Shown here piece after piece: positions 11,156 through 21,113 of a stretch of DNA of 64,000 nt (positions are counted from its first letter, which is position 1; every line of letters starts with the position of its first letter). Below the pieces are notes generated by a model. The model saw only the letters and a program-made list of their open reading frames with translations, made no database searches and was not told the DNA's origin. Location of the stretch: contig CAXWPL010000002.1 in assembly GCA_963666215.2 (NCBI GenBank), positions 224,001-288,000 on the forward strand, given 5' to 3'. The stretch comes from Acidobacteriota bacterium. Lineage in GTDB: Bacteria; Acidobacteriota; UBA890; WLXD01. Position numbers and translations under genes: made by a program.

Positions 11156-12958
11156 ATGAGACCAGCGTCGAGTTCAATGGCTGTGGCAGGGCGACGGGGT
11201 CGGTCGAGCACCTTCCCAGCGTGGCATGGCGCCGCTCGTGCGGCGGTGGTCGGAGCGATTGGGCCGGTGACGGCGATGGCGGTTGCCTGCGCTCCCGTCG
11301 CGACGACGACAGTCGCCGATGGACCGATGGTCGACGTCGGGCGCCTGGCGATCGGAGCCGAAGCGGCCGTGGTGAGCGTCGACGGTCACGCGACCCAGGT
11401 CGGTATCGACGTGATGCGAGCTGGCGGCAACGCGATTGATGCGGCGATCGCCGTGGGCTTTGCCCTGGCGGTTACGCATCCACAGGCGGGAAACATCGGA
11501 GGTGGTGGCTTCATGGTGCTTCACCTCGCCGACGAGAACCGCTACACGACGCTCGATTTTCGCGAGATGGCCCCGGGAGCATCTGATCCGCAGATGTACC
11601 TCGGCGAGGATGGTCGCCCGGTGCGCGGCCTCAACTACGTCGGATGGCAGGCGCCGGGCGTGCCGGGCACCGTTGCGGGGTTCGCTAAGGCACACGCGCA
11701 GTGGGGCAAGCTGTCGTGGGCGAGGTTGCTGCGACCGGCGATCCGGCTTGCGGAGGAGGGGTTCCTCGTCAATCCGTACCTGGCAGCGTCTTTCGCGCGC
11801 GTCGCCCAGACATTCCAACGGTTCGAGGGCTCGGCAGCTGCGTTCCTGCGTGACGGCAGGCCCTATCAGGCCGGCGACATGCTCGTGCAGCCAGATCTTG
11901 CCTGGTCGCTACGTCAGATCGCCGAGCATGGCCCGAGTGCCTTCTACGAAGGTGAGATTGCCGACAGGATCGTGGCGGCCATGGAGGCCAACGACGGGCT
12001 GATCACCAAGGAGGACCTGGCAGCCTATGTGGCGCACGAGCGCGAGCCGATTCGCGGCACGTATCGTGGCTATGAGGTGATCTCGATGCCGCCGCCGTCG
12101 TCGGGCGGCACGATTCTCGTCGAGATGCTCAACATGCTCGAGACATTCGACTTCACGGGCTTGGAGCCCGAATCGCCGGAGGTTGTCCACCTTCTTGCCG
12201 AGACCATGCGGCAAGCGTATCTCGACCGTGCCACGCACCTTGGCGACGCTGACTTTGCCGACGTCCCGGTGGAGCGACTCACCTCGAAGACATATGGCCG
12301 CGAGCTCGCGTCAAGTGTGCCGCGAGATCACGCCCGTGCCAGCGCCGACCTGGGCGAGATGATATTGGTGGCCGCCGAGTCGCCAGAGACCACGCACTAT
12401 TCGGTCGTAGACGGGAGCGGCAATGCCGTCTCGCTGACCTACACGATCGAAGCCGGGTTTGGCGCCAAGGTCGTGGCGCCCGGGACCGGATTCTTGCTCA
12501 ACAACGAGATGGGCGACTTCAACGCCTGGCCTGGCGTTACGGACGAGCGTGGCTACATCGGCACCGACGCCAACCTTATCGAGCCCCGCAAGCGACCGCT
12601 GTCGTCGATGACGCCAACGATCTTGGCTCGCGAGGGTCGGCCAGTGGCGCTGATCGGCAGCACCGGCGGCAAGACGATCATCAATACTGTGCTGCGCGTG
12701 ATCGTTGGCTTGGTCGATTTCGAGCAGGGGCTGGTGGACGCCGTTGCCACGGCGCGAGTTCACCATCAGTGGATGCCCGACCGGCTGAGCTTGGAGCCGA
12801 CGTTCGACCCTGCAACCGTAGAGCGCCTACGGCAAATGGGGCACGAGCTGGGACGGTCGAGGCTGCAGGGCGACGCACACTGCATCTACATCTACGACGA
12901 TGGGGCGAGGCTGGCGGTCGCCGACGCACGTCGTGCCGGGTCGGCTGCTGCCTACTGA
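11156..12958 (+). CDS. ggt: Gamma-glutamyltransferase (probable lipoprotein; start uncertain)
   Basis: GGNAIDAAIA, GNIGGGGF, DFRE, PPPSSGG, autocleavage Thr in ETTHYS, NNEMGDF, PLSSMTP; AVAC lipobox. Confidence 0.95.
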   Translation: MRPASSSMAVAGRRGRSSTFPAWHGAARAAVVGAIGPVTAMAVACAPVATTTVADGPMVDVGRLAIGAEAAVVSVDGHATQVGIDVMRAGGNAIDAAIAVGFALAVTHPQAGNIGGGGFMVLHLADENRYTTLDFREMAPGASDPQMYLGEDGRPVRGLNYVGWQAPGVPGTVAGFAKAHAQWGKLSWARLLRPAIRLAEEGFLVNPYLAASFARVAQTFQRFEGSAAAFLRDGRPYQAGDMLVQPDLAWSLRQIAEHGPSAFYEGEIADRIVAAMEANDGLITKEDLAAYVAHEREPIRGTYRGYEVISMPPPSSGGTILVEMLNMLETFDFTGLEPESPEVVHLLAETMRQAYLDRATHLGDADFADVPVERLTSKTYGRELASSVPRDHARASADLGEMILVAAESPETTHYSVVDGSGNAVSLTYTIEAGFGAKVVAPGTGFLLNNEMGDFNAWPGVTDERGYIGTDANLIEPRKRPLSSMTPTILAREGRPVALIGSTGGKTIINTVLRVIVGLVDFEQGLVDAVATARVHHQWMPDRLSLEPTFDPATVERLRQMGHELGRSRLQGDAHCIYIYDDGARLAVADARRAGSAAAY

Positions 12959-13214
12959 GCCGTCCCGAGCGGCCGGCCAGTTATCGAAGAGCCCACCAGC
13001 TTCTGCGGGGCCCTGACTCCGCGCCAGGCCCCGCCGCTGTCCGCCATGCGCTGGCGGCTCAAATGAGCTCGCTGCGCTAGAGGTGTTGCGCAGCAGAACA
13101 AAATGCGGGCCGGCCAGCGCAGCCCTCGACCGACGGCGGGAGGCAGCCATCGGCCCCGGCCGGCCCGACTATCGTGCCGTCACGTCAACCTCGCGTCATT
13201 CGCGCCACCTGCCA

Positions 13215-13270
13215 GCAGCGCGGAGAGCGAGGCCGCCGCCCACCCCTGTGCGGCCTGCTCCCCGCGTTGC
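13215..13270 (-). terminator. Long GC-rich stem-loop between convergent ggt and nrdJ
   Basis: Minus strand CAACGCGGGGAGC-AGGCCGC-(13-nt loop)-GCGGCCT-C-GCTCTCCGCGCTG; no U-tract. Confidence 0.4.
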
Positions 13271-13340
13271 GTGGCAACTTGCGCGGCATTGGTGGAGGTC
13301 AAGAACATGGTCACTGGATCTTCTACCTACGGGGTGGAGG

Positions 13341-16199
13341 TCACGAGCAGCCGGAGGTGCTGCCGCAGTTGATGCACTTGTGGCAGCTGCCGTTGGTGAC
13401 CATCAGCGAGCCGCATACCGAGCACAGGGGCGCGTCGAGCTGCGGCACGAAACCGATGTCGGGGCCAGTCGCCGACGCGGTATCGGTCGCTGCCGATTCG
13501 GAGTCACTCTGGCCAGCCGCCAGCGCAGTCAGCTGCTCGGCGGCAGCGTTGTCGGCACGGGTTTCGCCTCCGATCCCACACTCGGCACGCTCCGCCGGGG
13601 TAAGGAAGCGCAGCGCTAGCCAACGGAAGATGTAGTCGGTCAGCGACTTGGCGTACGGAATTTCGGGGTTGCCAGTCCACCCCGCCGGCTCGAAGCGGGC
13701 GTTGGTGCATTTCTGTACGAGAAATCTCAGCGGCACGCCGTACTGCAGCGCAAACGACGTCATGCTGGCGAACGAGTCCATCAGGCCGGAGATCGTCGAG
13801 CCCTCCTTGGCCATCGTGATGAAGACCTCGCCCGGTGTTCCGTCTTCGTACAGCCCGACCGTCGCGTAACCCTTGTGCCCGCCAACCGTGAACTTGTGAG
13901 TTAGAGACTGCCGTTCGTCCGGCAGTGGTCGACGTACGGGGCCAGTGACCGCCGCGGTCGTCGAGATGGTCTCCGCGGTGCCCTCGGTGCGTGCGCTCGT
14001 CGTTGCCATGGGCTGGCTACGCTTGCTGCCGTCGCGATAAATCGCAACCGCCTTGAGGTCGAGCTCCCAAGCCTGCAAGTAGGCATTGGCGATCTCCTCA
14101 ACCGTCGCCTCCGTGGGCATGTTGATTGTTTTGGAGATCGCCCCCGAGATGAACGGTTGCGTGGCAGCGAGCATCTTGAGGTGCCCTGTGTGATGCACCG
14201 CGCGCGTGCCATTCATCGCTCGGAACGCACAGTCGAACACCGCGAGATGCTCCTCGCGGAGGTTCGGTGCGCCCTCGATCGTTCCGGTCTCGTCGATGTG
14301 GGCGACGATCTCGTCGATCTCGTCGCCGCGGTAGCCGAGCTTGCGCAATGCCACCGGGACCGTCTGGTTGACGATTCTGAGCGTGCCGCCTCCCACGAGG
14401 CGCTTGTGCTTGACCAGCGCCAGGTCGGGTTCTACGCCCGTTGTGTCGCAATCCATCATGAAGCTGATGGTGCCTGTCGGGGCGAGGACGGTCGCCTGGC
14501 TGTTGCGGTAGCCGTGCTCTTCGCCGAGCTCGACGGCCTTGTCCCATACGCGCCGGGAGGCCCTTGCCAGAGGCTTGTCGAAGCTCTCCGAGAGCTCCTC
14601 GGCCGCATTTCGATGCATGCGCATGACGCCGAGCATCGACTCCTCATTCTCGGCGTAGCCATCGAAAGGACCCATCTCGCGGGCAATAATCGCCGACTGA
14701 CAGTAAGCCTCGCCGGTCATGATCGCCGTGAGCGCAGCGGCGTAGGAGCGCCCCTCGTCGGAGTCGTAGGGCAAGCCCTGGTACATCAGGAGCGCGCCCA
14801 AATTGGCGTAGCCCAGGCCTAGTGGTCTGTAGGCATGCGAGTTGGCGGTGATGTTCTCGGTGGGGTAGTCGGCATAACCGACCACAATCTCCATGGCCGT
14901 GAAGACCACCGACACTGCTCGCCGGTAGCTCTGGATGTCGAAGCTGTCGTCGTCCTGCAGAAACTTCAGCAGATTGAGCGACGCCAGGTTGCAGGCGGTC
15001 TCGTCGAGGAACATGTACTCCGAGCACGGATTCGACCCGTAAATCCGGCCGCTCGCCTTGCACGTATGCCATTTGTTGATGGTGTCGTCGAACTGCATAC
15101 CCGGATCGCCGCACTCGTAGGTCTCGTGGGCGATCTTGTGGAGAAGGTCGCGCGCCTTGTAGGAGGCCGTCGGCTTGCCATCAACGCGGCCGATCGTTTG
15201 CCACGTGTCGTCGGCCCGTGATGCCTCCATGAATGCGTCGGAGACGCGAACGCTGTGGTTCGCATTCTGGAAGAACACCGACGCGTAGGCCTCACCATCG
15301 AGCGCGGCGTCGTAGCCGGCGTTGATCAGGGCCCAGGCTTTGCGTTCCTCGTTGCCCTTGCATTCGATGAAGTCGAAGATGTCGGGGTGATCGACGTCGA
15401 GGATGATCATCTTGGCGGCACGCCGCGTCTTGCCGCCGCTCTTGATGACGCCAGCGAACGCGTCGAAGCCGCGCATGAACGACACCGGTCCCGATGCCAT
15501 ACCGCCGCTCGAGAGCGATTCCTTCGAGCCGCGCAGGCGCGACAGGTTGACGCCTGCTCCGGAGCCCCACTTGAAGATCAGCCCCTCGGTCTTGGCCAGA
15601 TCGAGGATCGACTCCATGTCGTCGCTGACATGGTTGATGTAGCAGGCGGAGGCCTGCTGGCGCTCCCCGGCGACACCGATGTTGAACCAGACGGGCGAGT
15701 TGAAGGCCACCATCTGGTGCAGCAGCAGGTGGGTCAGCTCGTCGGAGAAGATCTCGGCGGACTCGCTACCGGCGAAGTAGCCGCCGTCGATGCCCCACTG
15801 CGTGATGCGGCCGACCACGCGGCCGATGAGCTGCTTGAGGCTCGCCTCGCGACGCTCGGTGCCGAGCTGACCGTGGAAGTACTTGGAGGCAACGATGTTG
15901 ACCGCGCGTCGCGACCAGCTCGAGGGGAACTCGACATCCGGCTGGGCGAACACGATCTCGCCGTCGATTCCGCTGATCTCCGCATCGTAGTGCTGCCACT
16001 CGACGGTATCGTAGGGGTGCACACCTGCGGTGGTGAAATAGCGACGGAAAACGAGGCCGCTGGTGCTGTCGGCGACCTGGTCTTCGACAATCGCTGCGGC
16101 ATCGCCGCCCAGGCTCGGGGCGTCGGCTCGACGTGCTGAACCGGCGGCGGTTTGAGCACGAGAACCGGGAGGAAGGTCCTTGCTCTTCTCAGGGGCCAT
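13341..16199 (-). CDS. nrdJ: Vitamin B12-dependent (class II) ribonucleotide reductase
   Basis: FNSPVWFN, QASACYI, SNPCSEY, ACNLASLNL, APTGTI, TSCPD-like domain and C-terminal CxxC...CxxC...GCS. Confidence 0.97.
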   Translation of the reverse strand: MAPEKSKDLPPGSRAQTAAGSARRADAPSLGGDAAAIVEDQVADSTSGLVFRRYFTTAGVHPYDTVEWQHYDAEISGIDGEIVFAQPDVEFPSSWSRRAVNIVASKYFHGQLGTERREASLKQLIGRVVGRITQWGIDGGYFAGSESAEIFSDELTHLLLHQMVAFNSPVWFNIGVAGERQQASACYINHVSDDMESILDLAKTEGLIFKWGSGAGVNLSRLRGSKESLSSGGMASGPVSFMRGFDAFAGVIKSGGKTRRAAKMIILDVDHPDIFDFIECKGNEERKAWALINAGYDAALDGEAYASVFFQNANHSVRVSDAFMEASRADDTWQTIGRVDGKPTASYKARDLLHKIAHETYECGDPGMQFDDTINKWHTCKASGRIYGSNPCSEYMFLDETACNLASLNLLKFLQDDDSFDIQSYRRAVSVVFTAMEIVVGYADYPTENITANSHAYRPLGLGYANLGALLMYQGLPYDSDEGRSYAAALTAIMTGEAYCQSAIIAREMGPFDGYAENEESMLGVMRMHRNAAEELSESFDKPLARASRRVWDKAVELGEEHGYRNSQATVLAPTGTISFMMDCDTTGVEPDLALVKHKRLVGGGTLRIVNQTVPVALRKLGYRGDEIDEIVAHIDETGTIEGAPNLREEHLAVFDCAFRAMNGTRAVHHTGHLKMLAATQPFISGAISKTINMPTEATVEEIANAYLQAWELDLKAVAIYRDGSKRSQPMATTSARTEGTAETISTTAAVTGPVRRPLPDERQSLTHKFTVGGHKGYATVGLYEDGTPGEVFITMAKEGSTISGLMDSFASMTSFALQYGVPLRFLVQKCTNARFEPAGWTGNPEIPYAKSLTDYIFRWLALRFLTPAERAECGIGGETRADNAAAEQLTALAAGQSDSESAATDTASATGPDIGFVPQLDAPLCSVCGSLMVTNGSCHKCINCGSTSGCS

Positions 16200-16321
16200 G
16201 AAAACTCCGCGAGGGTAGACTGGCGGAAGGGGACGACATGAGGGGCACATCAACAGGCGCTGGCGCGCGAAGCTCTACATAAGCCTGAGCCGGGGAGCGC
16301 CAGGCGTCGCCAGCGCCCCTT

Positions 16322-16420
16322 CTTGTACTTGTCGGGCCTCGCAAAGTCAAGGTTCGACCCCCAAGATGTTGGGGGCCTCCGCGCGCCAGGTACCAGGTAT
16401 TGTGGAAATTGTGTGGAAAA
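16322..16420 (-). promoter_or_regulatory. nrdJ promoter with tandem NrdR boxes and a DnaA box
   Basis: NrdR-like 16-mers CCCCAAGATGTTGGGG (16359-16374) and CCACAATACCTGGTAC (minus strand, 16390-16405), 31 bp apart; TTTTCCACA (minus, 16412-16420); TTGACT-17bp-TACAAG at 16350-16322. Confidence 0.75.
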
Positions 16421-16673
16421 GCAGCCTTCGGTTCACGTTCCGCACGGCCACCGTCCACCGCCGGAGCCTGTTCACCGCCACGCAAGCACCCGGTGCACAT
16501 TCAGGGAAAGGTTCCGTTCGCTGCCTGGCCGCACCGAACTTGCCGACCGAGAGGGATTCGGCCTTTGGGGCCGCGCGCCAGAAATAGCCGCCAAGCTCGC
16601 CGACGACGCGCAGGGCGGGGCTGCAGGCTCGAGACCCTCGGGCTGTCGATCGGGTCTGGTGGCTAGCCCGTGG

Positions 16674-17855
<1,182 letters not shown>

Positions 17856-17985
17856 TGCGCGGGGTTGGGAGGTGTGGGCGCGCTTGCCACCGGTACCCAC
17901 GAGTAGGGCCGGCAGTGAGGAAGTGACGAAACGTAGCACGCCCGCGCCCGCTGGCCAATCACATCTCCGACGATGAGGTAGTGCG

Positions 17986-18867
17986 TCAGTTTGAAATTCC
18001 CCGCTTCTTGTAGGGTCCGCGAGGTCCAGGCTTCGGTGCCTTCTCATCGATCAGCTCGACGATCCACTCCATATCGTGCAGCGTGTTGCTAACCCCGGCT
18101 TCCATCGCTGGTGTTACGCGCAGCGTCTTGTGGATTCGGCAGAAGTTGTAGTGCGCGAAGTACAGATCCAGCATGTAGCAGTGGTTCGCGAGCTTCTTGG
18201 AGAATGCGTTGGTCAGCCGTGTGAACCGGCGTATGCTCATGCGCATCGTGAGGTTTTGCCGCTCGACGTAGGACGTACTGATTAGCTCGGGATCGGGGGA
18301 GCCTACCACCGCCAGCCGCCTGGAACCCTGGCATCTTGCAGGACTGTAGCGCCTCTGGGGCTCCGGGTCGGCGCCGTAGATCTTCTGTAGCATGGCGTAG
18401 TCGATCTGGTGCGCGAACGCATCCTCGACCGCCTCCAGGTACATCCGGTGCCCGTCGGTCGTTAGCTGGATGCGGTTGCTCAGCCGACTCGCCAGATCCT
18501 GCATGAACTCGGTAGCCGTGCCCGAATCGCGCGGACCAACACGGAAGCTCGGCACCAGCTTTGTCTCGGCGCAGATCGCCGTGAACGTCCACACATCGCC
18601 ATAGCCGAACTGGCCGCGCTTGTCAGCGGGGACGTTCTTCTGCTTCGAGTAGCAGAACGACCAGATCTCGTCAGCCTCGATCCGCTTGCACGGAAGGTCA
18701 CGCAGCGTCTCGTCCTGGTAGGCGGCGCAAGCTCGCCCAGCATCCACCAGTAGCTTCGAGACGGTGTTAAACGATACGCCGGTGACACGAGCGATTGCCC
18801 GCATCGACATGCCCTCGACGAGCATCGAGAGGATCTGTGCTCGCTTGGCAGTAGGTAGCTTGTTCAT
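17986..18867 (-). CDS. IS1-family DDE transposase (single ORF)
   Basis: N-terminal HTH (LVEGMSMRAIARVTGVSFNTV), IEADEIWSF, LTTDG, STSYVERQNLTMR...RRFTRLTNAFSKK, TPAMEAG; the stop codon lies inside the left TIR. Confidence 0.92.
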   Translation of the reverse strand: MNKLPTAKRAQILSMLVEGMSMRAIARVTGVSFNTVSKLLVDAGRACAAYQDETLRDLPCKRIEADEIWSFCYSKQKNVPADKRGQFGYGDVWTFTAICAETKLVPSFRVGPRDSGTATEFMQDLASRLSNRIQLTTDGHRMYLEAVEDAFAHQIDYAMLQKIYGADPEPQRRYSPARCQGSRRLAVVGSPDPELISTSYVERQNLTMRMSIRRFTRLTNAFSKKLANHCYMLDLYFAHYNFCRIHKTLRVTPAMEAGVSNTLHDMEWIVELIDEKAPKPGPRGPYKKRGISN

Positions 18868-18874
18868 ACACAGA

Positions 18875-18903
18875 AGGATACTGAACTATCCCTCTATTGT
18901 CAA
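18875..18903 (-). promoter_or_regulatory. Near-consensus sigma70 promoter of the transposase (probably leaderless)
   Basis: TTGACA (18903-18898), 17 bp, TATCCT (18880-18875), 7 nt, ATG (18867). Confidence 0.7.
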
Positions 18904-18906
18904 GCA

Positions 18907-19389
18907 TTAGTTCAACTTCCTTCGGGAACTCTGATTAGGCTCTCCGTGTGGCCTGGACAAGTAGCAAATCACCGTACCATAAAGGGGACCAGCTACGGCC
19001 TCAACGGAAGAATGTGTCACGTCTTCGCACTTTCCAAGCTTGCTCGTCCACTCACCGGATTCAAGTTGCAGGGCGGCGTGGGTCGGAGTCTCGTGCCCAA
19101 CTTCACCCTTCCCGAATAGCGCTATTTTTTCTGTTCCTGTCTCAACGCTCCCGTCAGCACAGGGTGTGAAACCCAACGTGCCATATGCACGCAAAAAGGC
19201 TTGCCTCGTTACAGCACGCTCGACGCCTGGGGGCCAGTATCCGACCATCATCGAGTCGGGCCACCAAGCGCGGAAATCCTCACCAGCGGCCCAAGCAATG
19301 CAATTGTACCGCTGCGTCGACGGGCTCGTAATTTCGGTGTTTTCGTCCGTTAGTCCCGGCAGTTCATGTAGAGACCAACTACCAGACAT
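18907..19389 (-). CDS. IS passenger: putative papain-like/Cys-His fold protein (DUF7689-like), 160 aa
   Basis: TSPSTQRYNCIAWAAG, WWP, THAALQ, WTSKLG; ATG 19389 overlaps the upstream gene end by 11 bp. Confidence 0.65.
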   Translation of the reverse strand: MSGSWSLHELPGLTDENTEITSPSTQRYNCIAWAAGEDFRAWWPDSMMVGYWPPGVERAVTRQAFLRAYGTLGFTPCADGSVETGTEKIALFGKGEVGHETPTHAALQLESGEWTSKLGKCEDVTHSSVEAVAGPLYGTVICYLSRPHGEPNQSSRRKLN

Positions 19390-19849
19390 GTCCCTCGTTC
19401 TTGCCCCACTCAAGCCATGCTCGTGCCATGCTCGCGTAGTCGCCGCGATCCGCATCGTTAACGGGATTGACTCTTGTAATCGCGCTAAGAGCCCAAAACC
19501 ATTGGTCTGGTTCGCTACCTTCGTCCCGAAGTTGTTGTAAAAGAAACGGAACAGCTCTCTCGCCCATGCCAATAATTTTCTGATAGGCGGGGCACATAAC
19601 CTCTTCGGTAATCGAAGAGATGGCTCGGCTCTGAGCTTTCCACTCCTGAACCAGGTCTTGGAACCTTAGCCAGGTCTCGGTCAGGGGATTCCCACCAATC
19701 TCAACCATAGAGACTGACTGCCTGGCATTGAACACTGGGGCAACGGTCTCGGAGGAGAATTCTTGCCTTGCCTGATCACCCTGCACGCAAAACAAATCAT
19801 AGGCACCTTGAACAACGGAAATAGATGGTGAAGAAGTAGTTGTGTACAT
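19379..19849 (-). CDS. IS passenger: hypothetical alpha-helical (HEAT-like) protein, 156 aa
   Basis: RFQDLVQEWK...PAYQKIIGMGERAVPFLL...PDQWFWALSAIT..NPV...RG...MARAWLEWG; purine-rich RBS upstream. Confidence 0.7.
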   Translation of the reverse strand: MYTTTSSPSISVVQGAYDLFCVQGDQARQEFSSETVAPVFNARQSVSMVEIGGNPLTETWLRFQDLVQEWKAQSRAISSITEEVMCPAYQKIIGMGERAVPFLLQQLRDEGSEPDQWFWALSAITRVNPVNDADRGDYASMARAWLEWGKNEGHVW

Positions 19850-19875
19850 GTAGAGTAGCTTCTCCCTTACACCTT

Positions 19876-20151
19876 CTAGTGAACTTCTGGAGAATCTGAC
19901 GCGCCCTTCTTGAGGTTCTCCGGTGAGTTCACGTCCACGACGTGACTCATCTTCACCGAGTACATGGGGTTCCCGTCATTGGCGTATCTGCCCACGGCAC
20001 GGAACACGCGAAGAACAATGATCTTTACCCTGAGAATCGACCCATCGTCAAGAACGGCTTCGCTCCAACGCTCTGTGGTCTCCCCGACCGCCACTTCGAC
20101 AGCATCGGACTGATGCTCCCCGAATTGGGCTTTGGTTTTCTTCTCTGTCAA
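19876..20151 (-). CDS. IS passenger: small beta-rich hypothetical protein, 91 aa
   Basis: TTG start after GGAGGG RBS; ERWSEAVLDDGSILRVK...DGNPMYSV...PENLKK; short gaps to both neighbours. Confidence 0.65.
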   Translation of the reverse strand: MTEKKTKAQFGEHQSDAVEVAVGETTERWSEAVLDDGSILRVKIIVLRVFRAVGRYANDGNPMYSVKMSHVVDVNSPENLKKGASDSPEVH

Positions 20152-20169
20152 GAAAGGACACCCTCCGTT

Positions 20170-20403
20170 TTACCGATTCCCCCAACGAGCCGCCGCTGCC
20201 TTCCGCGCGATCTCCGACCGCCGTTCAGCCGACAGCGCCTTGGCACGCGCCTTCCCGCCCTTCAAACCGCCAGCTCGACGCGCAGGGACAGACCGGTCCG
20301 GTTGGAGTGTTTCGTGGATCTCTCCGGTGGCGATCTTGCCTACCGTTACAGCGCACCCGACCACGTCGGCGGGGCGCTTCTCTCCCCTCGGTCCTACCGG
20401 CAT
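20170..20403 (-). CDS. IS passenger: small basic KGG-motif protein (putative nucleic-acid binding), 77 aa
   Basis: MPVGPRGEKRPADVVGCAVTVGKIATGE...GGLKGGKARAKALSAERRSEIARKAAAARW; GAGGTGG RBS. Confidence 0.75.
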   Translation of the reverse strand: MPVGPRGEKRPADVVGCAVTVGKIATGEIHETLQPDRSVPARRAGGLKGGKARAKALSAERRSEIARKAAAARWGNR

Positions 20404-20503
20404 GTCCACCTCGTTCTCGACCCGAAGAACGGAAGCCCAGTACGTTCGTCCGGCACGATGTGACTTCGACGTTACATCGTGAAAGATCTCGAACACAATC
20501 GAG

Positions 20504-20544
20504 ACTATAGCAATACGTTGCTACCTTCAAACTGAATTAATTCA
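20504..20544 (-). promoter_or_regulatory. Inward promoter of the passenger operon with overlapping palindromes
   Basis: Extended -10 TGcTATAGT (20512-20504); inverted repeat TAGCAA-TACG-TTGCTA (20508-20523); palindrome TGAATTAATTCA (20533-20544). Confidence 0.5.
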
Positions 20545-20743
20545 TATTTTCAAACTGACGCACTACCGACGATGAGAGGGTCTTGCGGTCGCCGCGAGCG
20601 AGGGCCCGCAATTGTTGTCTTGGAGACGGCCATATCAATCTTGGCTCGCTCGCGTCGATCTGTTAGGCTGCCAGCTCTTGGCGGCTGGGGTGCCAGGCTA
20701 CTGACTTAGCTATCACGCAGTGACACAGCAGGGGAGTCGGTTC

Positions 20744-21037
20744 ATGACGTACATCATCGCCGAGCCGTGCATCGGGGTCATGGACCAAGCGTGCGTCGAA
20801 GTGTGCCCTGTCGATTGCATCTACAAGATCGAGGACGGGGTCAGCGCTAACGGCGTGAAGGCCCCCGAGGGCAAGGAAAAGATGCTCTATATCCATCCAG
20901 AAGAGTGCATCGACTGCGGCGCCTGCGAGCCGGTCTGCCCCGTCGACGCAATCTTCATGGATGAAGAAGTGCCCGACCAGTGGGACAGCTACATCGAGCT
21001 CAACTACGTGCTTTCGGAGATCCCGTTCGAGGGCTGA
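20744..21037 (+). CDS. Ferredoxin (7Fe, [3Fe-4S]/[4Fe-4S] type)
   Basis: MTYIIAEPC...[11 protein letters not shown]...[21 protein letters not shown]. Confidence 0.95.
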   Translation: MTYIIAEPCIGVMDQACVEVCPVDCIYKIEDGVSANGVKAPEGKEKMLYIHPEECIDCGACEPVCPVDAIFMDEEVPDQWDSYIELNYVLSEIPFEG

Positions 21038-21083
21038 GCTCAGCGCCGAGCCCTAGAGGCTGCGCGCGTGCTTGACAATCGCT

Positions 21084-21113
21084 AAGGGCCGGGGTGGCAA
21101 CGCCTCGGCTCTT
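21084..21113 (+). terminator. Stem-loop/terminator after the ferredoxin gene
   Basis: AAGGGCCGGGGTG-GCAA-CGCCTCGGCTCTT: 13-bp stem (with G-U pairs) and a GNRA loop; weak U-tail. Confidence 0.55.

Larger units (their letters stand above)
17977..20567 (-). mobile_element. IS1-family element carrying passenger genes (2,591 bp)
   Basis: Perfect 20-bp TIRs GGTAGTGCGTCAGTTTGAAA (17977-17996 and reverse complement 20548-20567); 8-bp direct repeat GACGATGA at 17969-17976 and 20568-20575; intact transposase; interior visibly more AT-rich than the flanks. Confidence 0.95.

Noticed and set aside
16200-16673. Cobalamin riboswitch upstream of nrdJ
   Set aside because: No B12-box or conserved core recognised; the region is explained by the promoter and NrdR boxes.
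19390-19572. Longer 221-aa version of the Cys-His passenger ORF
   Set aside because: It overlaps the conserved-looking C-terminus of the 156-aa gene by about 190 bp; ATG 19389 gives a typical short overlap.
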